Below, in pieces: positions 15,839 to 24,606 of a stretch of 64,000 nt of DNA (position 1 is its first letter; each line of letters begins with the position of its first letter). The position numbers and the translations under genes were made by a program. The notes under the pieces were generated by a model. It was given only the letters and a program-made list of their open reading frames with translations. It did no database searches and was not told the origin of the DNA. The stretch lies in the IMG/VR virus record IMGVR_UViG_3300022468_000627, positions 1-64,000 of that record. One strand, given 5' to 3'. This DNA comes from a virus.

Positions 15839-17581
15839 TCAAAATGCGGGCTCTTGGCCCGAGGGTTGGGAATTCGCTACAGCGGCGCGCGCGAAGTCGC
15901 CGAATGATTGATCGTCACCCGGGCGGTCCACGATGACGCCCTGCCGGCGCCGGTACTCGGCGCAGTGTTCGTCGAAGCGCTCGCGCAGCTCCTTGAGGGC
16001 CTTGGGCTTGTAGGCCTTGAGGTCGGACAGGTAGATGCCGAACGTGTCCCAGGGGGTCTGCCCGGTCTGCTGCTGCCAGGTGCGGAGGTCGTTGATCAGC
16101 GAGACCCGGATGGCGGCCTTCTCCTCGCGGTGCTTGACGACCGCCTCGGCGCGGCCGCGCGAGTAGCCGAGCTGGGCGATCATGTCCTCGACGGTCTTGG
16201 CAGCGGCCTGGGCGGTGCGCTGGCGGGCCATCTCCTGCTGGCGCATCTTCTCCTGCATCTCGGCGCTGATTTTCTGCAGCTCGCCGTCGACCTGCTGCAG
16301 ACTGCGCGCAGCCTTGACCTCGTAGACGTGGCCGCAGCCGGGGCACTTCGGGGCGGCCGCGTGCGCGGTGAAGCACTTCGGGCATTGGTTGATCTCGACC
16401 TTTTCCTCGGGCAGTTCGTCCTCGTCGGCCTTCTTCTTTTTCCGCTTCTTGCGTCCGTCCAGCGTCCAGTCGCGCTCCTCGTTGGGAAGGCCGTGCTTGC
16501 GCTTGAACTCGCCGTTGTGGAGCGCGCCGACGTTGGCGACGTGGTCGAGCAGCCAGCACTCGTTCTTGCCCGGGCTCGGGCGCATGACGCGGCCGACCTG
16601 CTGGAGGAACAGTGCCTCGCTGGCTGTGGGGCGCAGCATGATGCAGACCTCCAGGTCGGGCAGGTCGTAACCTTCGCTTACAAGATCGACAGTGCAGGCG
16701 CCGTGGATCTCGCCGCGGCGCAGGCGCTGGTTGACCGCCGTGCGCTCGCTGTCGCTCATGTGCGGCGCGCCGACCAGCAGGTCGAAGCGGTAGCCGGCGG
16801 CGTTGAACTCGGCCGCTACGTGCTTGGCGTGCTCGATGCTGGTGCAGAACACGATCGCGCGCCGGCCAGGGCAGATCGTGCTGTAGTGCTCGACCGCGCT
16901 GCCGGTGATCTTGGGCTTGTCGACCAGGGCGGCCAAGGCCTGCAGGTTGTCGGATCCGTCGCGGTTGGTCTTGGCCGCGTCCAGCCCCTCGGGCACGAAT
17001 GGGCTGGCGTAGACGTGGGGATTGATCAGCATGCCGCGGCTGATCAGCTCGACCACGCTGGGGCCGAGCACCATGGCCTCAAACAGGCCGCCGGCATGCA
17101 GGCCCAGGCCCTTGCCGTCCGTGCGGACCGGGGTGGCCGTCACGCCGAGCATGATCGGCTTGCCCAGCTGCTCGTAGACGCGCCCCCACTTGTTGCCCTC
17201 GATGACGTGGTGGGCCTCGTCGAAGATCAGCAGGCCGAACTTGTAGGCCTGCTTCTTGAGCCGCTGCAGCAGCGTGTCCACGCTGGCCACCTGCACCATG
17301 GCGTGCTTCTTGGGCGTGAAGTCGGGGCTGATCAGGCCATGGTCGATGCCAAGGTTGGTCAGGCTCGCCGATGCCTGCAGCAGCAACTCCTTGCGGTGCA
17401 CGATGATGCACGTCGGCCGACCTTTGTCGGCGGCGCTGCTGGCGATGTAGCTGAACGTGTAGGTCTTTCCGCCACCTGTTGGCAGCACGAAAAGGACGGC
17501 CTTGCGGCCTTGGCGGTACTCGACGCGGATGCCGGTGACGGCCTCCTCCTGGTAGTCGCGCAGGCTGATCTTGGAGCTCAT
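15839..17581 (-). CDS. SF2 DEAH-box helicase with C-terminal zinc ribbon
   Basis: Trimmed to ATG 17581 (MSSKISLRDYQEEAV...). Motifs LPTGGGKT, FDEAHHV and GVTATP, plus CPKC...CPGC. Confidence 0.85.
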   Translation of the reverse strand: MSSKISLRDYQEEAVTGIRVEYRQGRKAVLFVLPTGGGKTYTFSYIASSAADKGRPTCIIVHRKELLLQASASLTNLGIDHGLISPDFTPKKHAMVQVASVDTLLQRLKKQAYKFGLLIFDEAHHVIEGNKWGRVYEQLGKPIMLGVTATPVRTDGKGLGLHAGGLFEAMVLGPSVVELISRGMLINPHVYASPFVPEGLDAAKTNRDGSDNLQALAALVDKPKITGSAVEHYSTICPGRRAIVFCTSIEHAKHVAAEFNAAGYRFDLLVGAPHMSDSERTAVNQRLRRGEIHGACTVDLVSEGYDLPDLEVCIMLRPTASEALFLQQVGRVMRPSPGKNECWLLDHVANVGALHNGEFKRKHGLPNEERDWTLDGRKKRKKKKADEDELPEEKVEINQCPKCFTAHAAAPKCPGCGHVYEVKAARSLQQVDGELQKISAEMQEKMRQQEMARQRTAQAAAKTVEDMIAQLGYSRGRAEAVVKHREEKAAIRVSLINDLRTWQQQTGQTPWDTFGIYLSDLKAYKPKALKELRERFDEHCAEYRRRQGVIVDRPGDDQSFGDFARAAVANSQPSGQEPAF

Positions 17582-19374
17582 GCCAGCTGCTCCAAGTGAG
17601 CGGCCAGCCGCACGCCGATCCAACGCATGTTGAACACGCACATGCTGTTGCCAAGCGCCTTGTAGCGGGGGCCGTCCGGGCAATCCTGTGTGGTGGGCTG
17701 GCGCAGCCCACGGCCGGTGAGGCGGATCAAAAATTCCTCAAATGACACACCGCTTGCGCTGGTGCCCTTGCGCTTTGCCCATGCCTGATGCGCCTTCCAC
17801 GGGATCAGCGTGTAATCGTCAGGAAATCCCTGTAATCTCTCGCATTCGCGGGGAGTGAGGCGGCGCACTTGCATGGCGACAGCGATGTGTGGGTCTTGGT
17901 CGCTTTGGCCTCGCCCGTGGCTTGCGGCAAGCGTAGGGAACACCTCGGTGTTTGGAGCGCTACCACAGCCACGTTTCAGATTCCCTGGTTGGAACGCCAC
18001 CGCAGTTGGATTTAGCGCCCCCAGCGCCGGGCTCAGGTTCTCCGTGCTGGCGTGCTGGGTGGCCGACAGGTTGGCTGGGAAGGCAATAACGTCGCCCGAT
18101 GTGCCCTTGGCCTGCGATGCGCCTATGGTGCCCACAGTGTGCAGGAATGCCGCCTGCACGTCTGAACCGTTCTGCGCGATCACACCCACCGGCGCCAGCA
18201 CATTCAGGTTCCCGCTGGCCGTGGTGCTGGCCGTCAGCGCCGGGTTGACGCCAGCCGGGTCGGTGATGCGGTCGTTCGCATAGTCGTGGCTGTAGTAGGC
18301 GTAGCGCACGCCGTCCTGCGCCACCGGCACAATCGGCGTCCCTCGCCCCGTCCCATCCTCGCTAGCGTCGAAACCTTCGGCCTTGAGCGTATGGGCTATA
18401 TCGCCAGTCACGCATGGCACCACGTACTCGTCTTTCGAGTCGCCGGAGCGTGCGCCATGACCAGCGCCACCGTTTGGCGCACCTGCCCGCAGTGTTGGCA
18501 TGATTTCGACATGAGCCACCGGCTTTGGGATCGCCGCAATCGGTGCCTCATGGTTGCAAGTCAGGCACGGGCCACGGTCAAAACCAATTTCTGCCCCGCC
18601 TTGGCCGTGAGCCATTGTGATTACCCCACCGTCTAAGTCGAAGTCGGTGCCAAGGCCACCGCCTGCAGTGCTGCGTGAAGGGATGGTGGGAGCGACTTTC
18701 CCCGCTTGTCGGCTCGGCGCAGAATCCCGGCGCAGGCCGTTCCACTCAAAAAGAACCGCTGCGGGATCGAACCCGTTTCGAGCACTTGCGACAACGAACA
18801 CACGACGGCGTCGTTGGGCCACTCCGAAATATTGGGCATCGAGGACTCGCCACGCGACTGCTCTTTGGGGGCCAAACACACAACCAGCGTTTGACCATTT
18901 TCCCCCTGGCGGTTGAAGTTCGCTGCTTTCGCCGGCAAGCCCTGCCAGAAAGCATCCGAATGCGTTGTCCTTACTGCTGAGCACGCCTGGGACGTTTTCC
19001 CAGACGACGGAACAAGGTTGTTCTCCACGAACAGATCGAGCTGAATCAATTTCATTGGCGAGGTTCACGTAGGCGAGCGTCAGAGCGCCCCGAGGGTCGG
19101 AAAGCCCGCCACGCAGGCCGGCGACGGAAAAGGCCTGGCAAGGCGTGCCGCCCACCAGGATATCGGGCGCGGGGACCGCACCGCTGCGCACAAGCGCCGC
19201 GATCTTGGTCATGTCGCCCAGGTTCGGAACATCGGGGTAGTGGTGCGCCAGCACCGCCGCAGGAAACGGCTCAATTTCAGCGAGCCAAGCAGCTCGCCAG
19301 CCCAGCGGATGCCAGGCCACGCTCGCGGCCTCAATGCCAGAGCAAACGCTGCCGAAGGTAACGGGTTGGTTCAT
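17578..19374 (-). CDS. DNA (cytosine-5) methyltransferase with long variable (TRD) region
   Basis: Motifs FGSVCSGIEAAS (I), GGTPCQAFS (IV), VWENVPG (VI), QRRRRVFVVA (VIII) and RYKALGNSM (X). ATG 19374 is preferred over TTG 19410. G+C is visibly lower than in neighbouring genes. Confidence 0.9.
   Translation of the reverse strand: MNQPVTFGSVCSGIEAASVAWHPLGWRAAWLAEIEPFPAAVLAHHYPDVPNLGDMTKIAALVRSGAVPAPDILVGGTPCQAFSVAGLRGGLSDPRGALTLAYVNLANEIDSARSVRGEQPCSVVWENVPGVLSSKDNAFGCFLAGLAGESSELQPPGGKWSNAGCVFGPQRAVAWRVLDAQYFGVAQRRRRVFVVASARNGFDPAAVLFEWNGLRRDSAPSRQAGKVAPTIPSRSTAGGGLGTDFDLDGGVITMAHGQGGAEIGFDRGPCLTCNHEAPIAAIPKPVAHVEIMPTLRAGAPNGGAGHGARSGDSKDEYVVPCVTGDIAHTLKAEGFDASEDGTGRGTPIVPVAQDGVRYAYYSHDYANDRITDPAGVNPALTASTTASGNLNVLAPVGVIAQNGSDVQAAFLHTVGTIGASQAKGTSGDVIAFPANLSATQHASTENLSPALGALNPTAVAFQPGNLKRGCGSAPNTEVFPTLAASHGRGQSDQDPHIAVAMQVRRLTPRECERLQGFPDDYTLIPWKAHQAWAKRKGTSASGVSFEEFLIRLTGRGLRQPTTQDCPDGPRYKALGNSMCVFNMRWIGVRLAAHLEQLA
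18633..19055 (-). CDS. Embedded +1-frame ORF inside the methyltransferase gene (140 codons); status uncertain
   Basis: MKLIQLDLFVENNLVPSSGKTSQ...CSLSQVLETGSIPQRFFLSGTACAGILRRADKRGKSLPP. Its composition is protein-like, unlike the R/A/G/P-rich shadow ORFs elsewhere. No SD. See findings. Confidence 0.25.
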   Translation of the reverse strand: MKLIQLDLFVENNLVPSSGKTSQACSAVRTTHSDAFWQGLPAKAANFNRQGENGQTLVVCLAPKEQSRGESSMPNISEWPNDAVVCSLSQVLETGSIPQRFFLSGTACAGILRRADKRGKSLPPSLHAALQAVALAPTST

Positions 19375-19422
19375 ACAAAACGCGGCATCAACAAGCCGTC
19401 CGCGCCTCAAAAAAGGTTGTGA

Positions 19423-19629
19423 TTACTGAGCCGGGTGCTCAGCGACGATGCGCTCCACTTCGGTGATGACGGAGATCGTCTTGGGCGGGCGCCGCTTCCA
19501 GCGGTCGGGCGTGCTGCGGCTCATGCCGGCCTTCTGGCAGATAGTCGTCCAGTTGAGGCCCTTCGCCTTGGCGTCGGCCTCGATTTTCGCGATGCGCTCG
19601 CGAAACACGTCGGTGAATGTCTGGGTCAT
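19423..19629 (-). CDS. Small HTH DNA-binding regulator (68 aa)
   Basis: Trimmed to ATG 19629 (MTQTFTDVFRERIAK...). LNWTTICQKAGMSRSTPDRWKR is HTH-like. First gene of the leftward operon, divergent from the 19847 operon. Confidence 0.6.
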   Translation of the reverse strand: MTQTFTDVFRERIAKIEADAKAKGLNWTTICQKAGMSRSTPDRWKRRPPKTISVITEVERIVAEHPAQ

Positions 19630-19790
19630 GCTCGTTGATCGGAAAGTGCGATTTGGCGAAGTGTACCGTATTAGGTCAAACCGACCAAAGTTTTCGCATG
19701 ATCTTTTATGATCAACAGTGAAAACGCGAGCACCCGCAATGAACAACGTGGCGAAAGCGAGACAAGCAAGGTGAGGAATACTTGCCGCTT

Positions 19791-19804
19791 AATCAAATTT
19801 GATT
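19791..19804. promoter_or_regulatory. Perfect 14-nt palindrome AATCAAATTTGATT (operator-like)
   Basis: Lies in the divergent region between the HTH gene (19629) and the exonuclease operon (19847). A second TCAAAT box lies at 19818. Confidence 0.55.
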
Positions 19805-19846
19805 GAGAATTGCAGCATCAAATCTTTTTCGATCAGCCGGAGCACC

Positions 19847-20707
19847 ATGACGACACCCCAATTTCTGACGCCAGACGCCGACGGCGTCTTGACACCCCAC
19901 CCACTGGGCCTCGTCGAGCAAAGCAACGAGGCCTACCACTCGGGCCCCGGCATCTCGAAGTCGCACCTCGACAAGATCGCCAGCGCCAGCCCACGGCACT
20001 ACTGGCATCACTACTTGAACCCCGACCGCGAGCCCGAGGAGCCGACGCCCGCGAAAGTGCTGGGCAGCGCCGTGCACAGCATCATCCTGGAGCCGGACCT
20101 GTTCACCACCCAGTTCGTGGCGAACCCCGGCATCGAGCGCCGCAGCAACGCCGGCAAGGCCGAGTATGCGGCGTTCGTGGCCGAGCACGCCGGCAAGACC
20201 ATTCTCACCGACGACCAGATGCAGGCGTGCCTGGCGGTGCGCGACGCCGTGCACCTGCACCCCGTGGCAGCCGGCCTGCTGCAAGGCGGCAAGGCCGAGC
20301 AGTCGTTCTACGCGATCGACAAAGAGACCGGCGAGCTCATCAAGTGCCGCACCGACTACCTGGCGGGCGACATCATCGTCGACGTCAAGACGACCGACGA
20401 CGCCAGCCCGGCGGGCTTCGGCAAGTCGGCGGCGAACTACCGCTACCCGCTGCAGGTGGCGTGGTACCACGACGTGCTCGACGCGGCTTTCGTGGAGCAC
20501 CCAGCGCACTGGGTGTTCCTGGCCGTCGAGAAGGAGCCGCCTTACGCCATCGGCCTCTACTTCGCCCAGCCCGAGGACATCGTCCGGGCCCGGCCGGCGG
20601 GCCGCCGCGACTTCCTGCGCATCGTCGAGCACAAGCGCTCTGGCGAGTGGCCGGACTACGGCGTCGAGGCCCTGCCCCTGCAGCTGCCGAGCTGGTGGAA
20701 GCCGTGA
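19847..20707 (+). CDS. PD-(D/E)XK exonuclease (RecE/Cas4-like recombination nuclease)
   Basis: Trimmed to ATG 19847 (MTTPQFLTPD...). IIVDVKTT (D/ExK) and YRYPLQVAWY (QxxxY) motifs. Confidence 0.75.
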   Translation: MTTPQFLTPDADGVLTPHPLGLVEQSNEAYHSGPGISKSHLDKIASASPRHYWHHYLNPDREPEEPTPAKVLGSAVHSIILEPDLFTTQFVANPGIERRSNAGKAEYAAFVAEHAGKTILTDDQMQACLAVRDAVHLHPVAAGLLQGGKAEQSFYAIDKETGELIKCRTDYLAGDIIVDVKTTDDASPAGFGKSAANYRYPLQVAWYHDVLDAAFVEHPAHWVFLAVEKEPPYAIGLYFAQPEDIVRARPAGRRDFLRIVEHKRSGEWPDYGVEALPLQLPSWWKP

Positions 20708-20826
20708 CCATCCCGCCGCCGCCGCATCCGTTCGTGTTCGCCCTGCTGGTGTCCCTGCTCATGTGGGGCCTGCTGATCCGAGGCGTCCAATTCCTTGTCC
20801 ACACCATCGAAACCTCACCCCTATGA
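20704..20826 (+). CDS. Possible 40-aa TM micropeptide
   Basis: The GTG start overlaps the exonuclease stop (GTGA), and its own stop overlaps the next ATG (ATGA). Sequence VTIPPPPHPFVFALLVSLLMWGLLIRGVQFLVHTIETSPL. Confidence 0.35.
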   Translation: MTIPPPPHPFVFALLVSLLMWGLLIRGVQFLVHTIETSPL

Positions 20827-22145
20827 AAATCAACCACATCACCATCCGCAACATCCTGGGCATCTCGGAGCTCGACCTGAGCCCCCAGGGCTTCACCCAG
20901 ATCAGCGGCCCCAACGGCACCGGCAAGACCTCGGTGCTCGAAGCCATCAAAGCCGTGCTCAACAGCGGACATGACGCCACGCTGCTGCGCCAGGGCACCG
21001 ACAAGGGCGAGATCGTCCTCGTGCTTGACGACGGCACCGAGCTGTCGAAGACCGTCACCCAGGCCACCAGCACGACCGCCGTGCGCCGCGACGGCAAGAA
21101 GCAGCCGCGCCCGGCCGAGGCCATCAAGGCGCTGACCGACGCGCTGTCGGTGAACCCCGTCGAATTCCTGCTGGCCAAGCCCAAGGACCGCGCCCGCGTG
21201 CTGCTGGAGGCCATGCCGCTCGAAGCCGACACCGAGCACCTGGCGCAGATCGCCGGCATCGAGGTGAAGGCCGCCCCGGGCTTGCATGCCCTGCACGTCA
21301 TCAACCAGGTGCACCAGCAGGTTTTCGACGCCCGCACCGGCACCAACCGGGCGGTCAAGGAAAAGGCCGCCACCATCAACCAGCTGGAGGCCGCCGTGCC
21401 GCCAGCGCCGGCCGGCGTGGACGGCGACGAGGAGGATCTGGCGCAGCGCGTGGCCGAGGCCGACGGCGTGCGCGCCAGCACGCTAGGCCGCATCACCGCC
21501 AAGCTCGACGGCCTGCGCACCAAGGCCCAGGCAGACATCGACGCCGTGCGCGCCGAGGTGCAGCGCAAAATCGACGAGGCCAAGACCGAAGGCCAGAAGC
21601 AGGTCGACGCCATCAACGCCGAGCTGGCGGACCAGGAGCGCCGCGCCGCCGGAGCGCGCGAGAAGGCCAACGCCACCCACGCCGAGGCCGTGCAGCCCCT
21701 GCAAACCCAGCTGCAGGTCATCCGCAACGACCGCGAAGCCGCCGGCCGCCGCAAGCAGACGCTGGAGACCATCGAGGTGATGCGCACCGAGCTGGGCGCC
21801 CTACAGACCGAAGCCGAGACGCAAACCGCCGCGCTGCAGGCCATCGACGACTACAAGCTGCAGTTGCTGTCCGGCCTGCCCATCCCCGGCCTGGAGGTGC
21901 GCGAAGGCGAGATTTTCCGCGACGGCGTGCCGTTCGACCGCCTGAACACCGCCGCCCAGGTGGAGATCGCCGTCGAGGTCGCCAAGCTGCGCGCGGCCGA
22001 CCTGGGGGTTGTGTGCGTGGATCGGATCGAGTGCCTGGATAGCACCACGCTGGAGGCCTTCAAGCAGAGCGCGCTGGAGTCTGGCCTGCAGCTTTTCATC
22101 ACCCGCGTCAGCGATGAAGAATTCGCCATCGACACCACCGATTGA
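20823..22145 (+). CDS. Rad50/SbcC/SMC-like recombination ATPase (440 aa)
   Basis: Trimmed to ATG 20823 (MKINHITIRNILGI...). Walker A GPNGTGKTS, a long coiled-coil middle and a C-terminal VVCVDRIECLD (Walker B/D-loop-like). Confidence 0.75.
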   Translation: MKINHITIRNILGISELDLSPQGFTQISGPNGTGKTSVLEAIKAVLNSGHDATLLRQGTDKGEIVLVLDDGTELSKTVTQATSTTAVRRDGKKQPRPAEAIKALTDALSVNPVEFLLAKPKDRARVLLEAMPLEADTEHLAQIAGIEVKAAPGLHALHVINQVHQQVFDARTGTNRAVKEKAATINQLEAAVPPAPAGVDGDEEDLAQRVAEADGVRASTLGRITAKLDGLRTKAQADIDAVRAEVQRKIDEAKTEGQKQVDAINAELADQERRAAGAREKANATHAEAVQPLQTQLQVIRNDREAAGRRKQTLETIEVMRTELGALQTEAETQTAALQAIDDYKLQLLSGLPIPGLEVREGEIFRDGVPFDRLNTAAQVEIAVEVAKLRAADLGVVCVDRIECLDSTTLEAFKQSALESGLQLFITRVSDEEFAIDTTD

Positions 22146-22161
22146 ACTTCGGCACCGATAG

Positions 22162-22203
22162 TCAAATTCAATCAGGCCGCCTGAATTTACTCAAATACAA
22201 TCA
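22162..22203 (+). promoter_or_regulatory. Direct repeat TCAAAT(T/A)CAATCA x2
   Basis: 22162..22174 and 22191..22203 match at 12 of 13 positions. They lie upstream of the 22223 gene, and the second copy contains TACAAT. Confidence 0.45.
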
Positions 22204-22222
22204 AGTTTTCTACGAGGAACCC

Positions 22223-22765
22223 ATGAAACCCTTCATTCAAATCGCCCTGAGCTCGGGCCACGTTTTCGAGGTGCCCACCCAGGCCATCGCAGAGAACCGC
22301 GCCAAGGACATGCTCGACCTTCACAAGGACGAATTCGCCGACCTGGCCGCCGCACTGGCAGACACGACCGAGCTGTTCGAGGACAGCAGCGAGATCCGCG
22401 ACTGGGCGCTCAACAACATGAACCCCAGCGACTACCTGCCTGGCAGCCGACTGATCCTCTTCACGCCGCCCGAACAGGACTTCAACACCGCCGAGTGGAG
22501 CTACCACGACGCGCCGGCCATCGTTGGCGAGCTCGACGGCGAGACCATCATGCAGACCCCGTTGGAGTACGTGGCGTCCGTGATGGCGGCCAGCCGCCAG
22601 CTGTGCGGCATCACGATGTGCCGCAGCCAGGCGGCAGACGAGCAGGTCGGCGTGGCCGTGTTCCTCGGCCCGGTCAGCGTGACCAACACCTACGCCCAGG
22701 CCCTGGAGGTGGTGACTCGCAACGTCGCCGCGCAGATCAACGCCGTCCCGGCCAACACCCACTGA
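22223..22765 (+). CDS. Hypothetical protein (180 aa)
   Basis: Trimmed to ATG 22223, which has a GAGGAA SD (MKPFIQIALSSGHVFEV...). Confidence 0.55.
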   Translation: MKPFIQIALSSGHVFEVPTQAIAENRAKDMLDLHKDEFADLAAALADTTELFEDSSEIRDWALNNMNPSDYLPGSRLILFTPPEQDFNTAEWSYHDAPAIVGELDGETIMQTPLEYVASVMAASRQLCGITMCRSQAADEQVGVAVFLGPVSVTNTYAQALEVVTRNVAAQINAVPANTH

Positions 22766-22786
22766 TCAACCACCACCGAGAACGAC

Positions 22787-23845
22787 ATGAGCAATCCCGA
22801 AAACCTTCCCGTGACAGCCCAAGACAACCCCCAGCCGTTCCAGCGCATGCTGGCGTCCCAGGGTGGCATCAACGCCGGCGCCGTCGCCATTGAGCAGGAG
22901 CGCGCCATTGCCGAGGCGCAGGGCCAGCTGACCTTGGCGAAGCGCTTCCCGCGCAGCATGACCGCCGCCGTGACCGACTTCCTGGAGGCCTGCAACAGCC
23001 CCGAATTCGCGGCTACGGCCTTCTACAGCGTGCCCAACCGTGGCAGCGGCCCCAGCATCCGCCTGGCCGAGGAGGCCGCGCGTTGCTACGGCAATTTCGT
23101 GTACGGCCACCGCGAGCTGTCCCGCAGCGAAGGCAAGAGCGAGATCGAGGTCTATGCCTGGGACATGGAGAAGAACAACCGCAGCAGCCGTCAGATCACG
23201 GTCATGCACGTGCTCGACACCAAGAACGGCCCGAAGAAGCTGATCGACCAGGCCGACATCGACAACAAAATCGCCAACGTGGCCAGCAAGCAGATGCGAG
23301 GCCGCATCCTGGCGCTGATGCCCAAGCACATGATCGCGGCCGGTGTGGCCGCCTGCAAGCGCACCCTGGCCGGCGGCGGCGAGAAGCCGCTGAGCGAGCG
23401 CATCGTCGCCATGGTGCAGGCCTTCGCCCGCTTCGGCGTCACCAAGGCCCACCTGGAGGCCCACCTCGGCCACGGCGTGGACAACACCACGGTGGACGAG
23501 CTGGCCGACCTGATGGGCGCTTTCAACGCCATCAAGGAAGGCGCGAAGGCGAGCGAGTATTTCCCGCTCGACCAGCAGCAGGCCGCCCAGCAGGCTGAGA
23601 GCACCGGCGCCGCCATCACGCAGCGCGCCCGCGCCGCCGCGCCGAAGCCCGCCAAGGCACCCGCGCCGGCGCCCAAGCCTGCCGAGGAAAACAGCAACAG
23701 TGCTGAAACGAGCGGCAACGCGATGAAAGAACAGGCGTCCGAATCCGCACAAAAACACGCCCCGAGCGCACCCGCTGCGCAAGAAAAAACCGAGCAATCG
23801 CCCCCTCCCGCTGACGCGGCTGGGCCTGTCGACGACGTGTTCTAA
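22787..23845 (+). CDS. Candidate ssDNA-annealing/recombination protein (family unresolved)
   Basis: Position after the exonuclease and ATPase. GPSIRLAEEAARCYGN recalls phage recombinase-type proteins from memory. The C-terminal tail is Ala/Pro-rich. Confidence 0.45.
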   Translation: MSNPENLPVTAQDNPQPFQRMLASQGGINAGAVAIEQERAIAEAQGQLTLAKRFPRSMTAAVTDFLEACNSPEFAATAFYSVPNRGSGPSIRLAEEAARCYGNFVYGHRELSRSEGKSEIEVYAWDMEKNNRSSRQITVMHVLDTKNGPKKLIDQADIDNKIANVASKQMRGRILALMPKHMIAAGVAACKRTLAGGGEKPLSERIVAMVQAFARFGVTKAHLEAHLGHGVDNTTVDELADLMGAFNAIKEGAKASEYFPLDQQQAAQQAESTGAAITQRARAAAPKPAKAPAPAPKPAEENSNSAETSGNAMKEQASESAQKHAPSAPAAQEKTEQSPPPADAAGPVDDVF

Positions 23846-23860
23846 CCAGAGGAGGGTCAG

Positions 23861-24064
23861 CTGACCCGCACTTATCTCACCCCCGCCGAGGTGTCTGGCC
23901 GGTACAGCGGCCGCGTGTCGGTCAGGACGCTTGCGAATTGGAGATGGGCAGGAACCGGCCCGAAATTCACCAGGGTGGGGGGGCGAATCCTTTACAGGCT
24001 CGACGAGCTCCTATCGTGGGAAGAACGAAGGACTGTTGAGCACACTGGACAGTATCAAAGATGA
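23861..24064 (+). CDS. MerR/AlpA/excisionase-type HTH protein, non-ATG start
   Basis: Not in the track. LTRTYLTPAEVSGRYSGRVSVRTLANWRWAGTGPKFTRVGGRILYRLDELLSWEE... A perfect GGAGG lies 5 nt before CTG 23861 (alternative GTG at 23891). The stop overlaps the HNH ATG (ATGA). Confidence 0.55.
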   Translation: MTRTYLTPAEVSGRYSGRVSVRTLANWRWAGTGPKFTRVGGRILYRLDELLSWEERRTVEHTGQYQR

Positions 24065-24606
24065 AAATCTGCTCACGTTGCAAGCTGACTAAGAACCCAA
24101 ATGATTTTCATTTGGACAAGACGAAGGTCAGCGGCCTCGCGTCCAAGTGCAAGGAGTGCGCAATTCGAGCATCGCGCGCTTGGTACGAGGCCAACAAGGG
24201 CCGTGTTCTCGCCGACTCGCGAGCCGCTTACGCCATCGACCCAACGGTGAAAAACCAGCAGGCAAAAAGGTGGCGAGAGAAAAATGCAGACCGAAAACGG
24301 CAAATCGACAAGGCGTGGCGCGAAGCAAACCACGAGACCGTTCGGGCGGCGAAGATGCGAAGGAAGGTCACCAAAATCCAGAGGCGACGACCCTACGACA
24401 AGGAGTTTTTTCAGCTGGTTGAGGTTGAGGCGCACCACCTTGCCGCGATCAGGCAGGACTGCACTGGAGTGCAGTGGCACGTCGACCATATCGTGCCGCT
24501 GCGCAGCAAGATCGTCAGCGGTTTCCACAATGAGTTCAATCTGGCCGTGATTACAGCCCGCCAGAACATGATCAAGGGAAACCGAATTTGGCCTGACAAG
24601 CCGTAA
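24061..24606 (+). CDS. HNH endonuclease
   Basis: N-terminal CSRC...CKEC zinc motif and a C-terminal WHVDHIVPL...HNEFNL...N HNH core. Codon usage is lower in GC (AAA, AGA, AGG). Confidence 0.8.
   Translation: MKICSRCKLTKNPNDFHLDKTKVSGLASKCKECAIRASRAWYEANKGRVLADSRAAYAIDPTVKNQQAKRWREKNADRKRQIDKAWREANHETVRAAKMRRKVTKIQRRRPYDKEFFQLVEVEAHHLAAIRQDCTGVQWHVDHIVPLRSKIVSGFHNEFNLAVITARQNMIKGNRIWPDKP

Noticed and set aside
11638-17599. Very long plus-strand ORFs (11638..12657, 12700..14547, 15908..17599) opposite the primase and helicase genes
   Set aside because: The products are R/A/G/L/H-rich with no motifs. They are antisense shadows of minus-strand genes that carry clear TOPRIM, Walker, DEAH and SSB motifs, as is typical of high-GC DNA.
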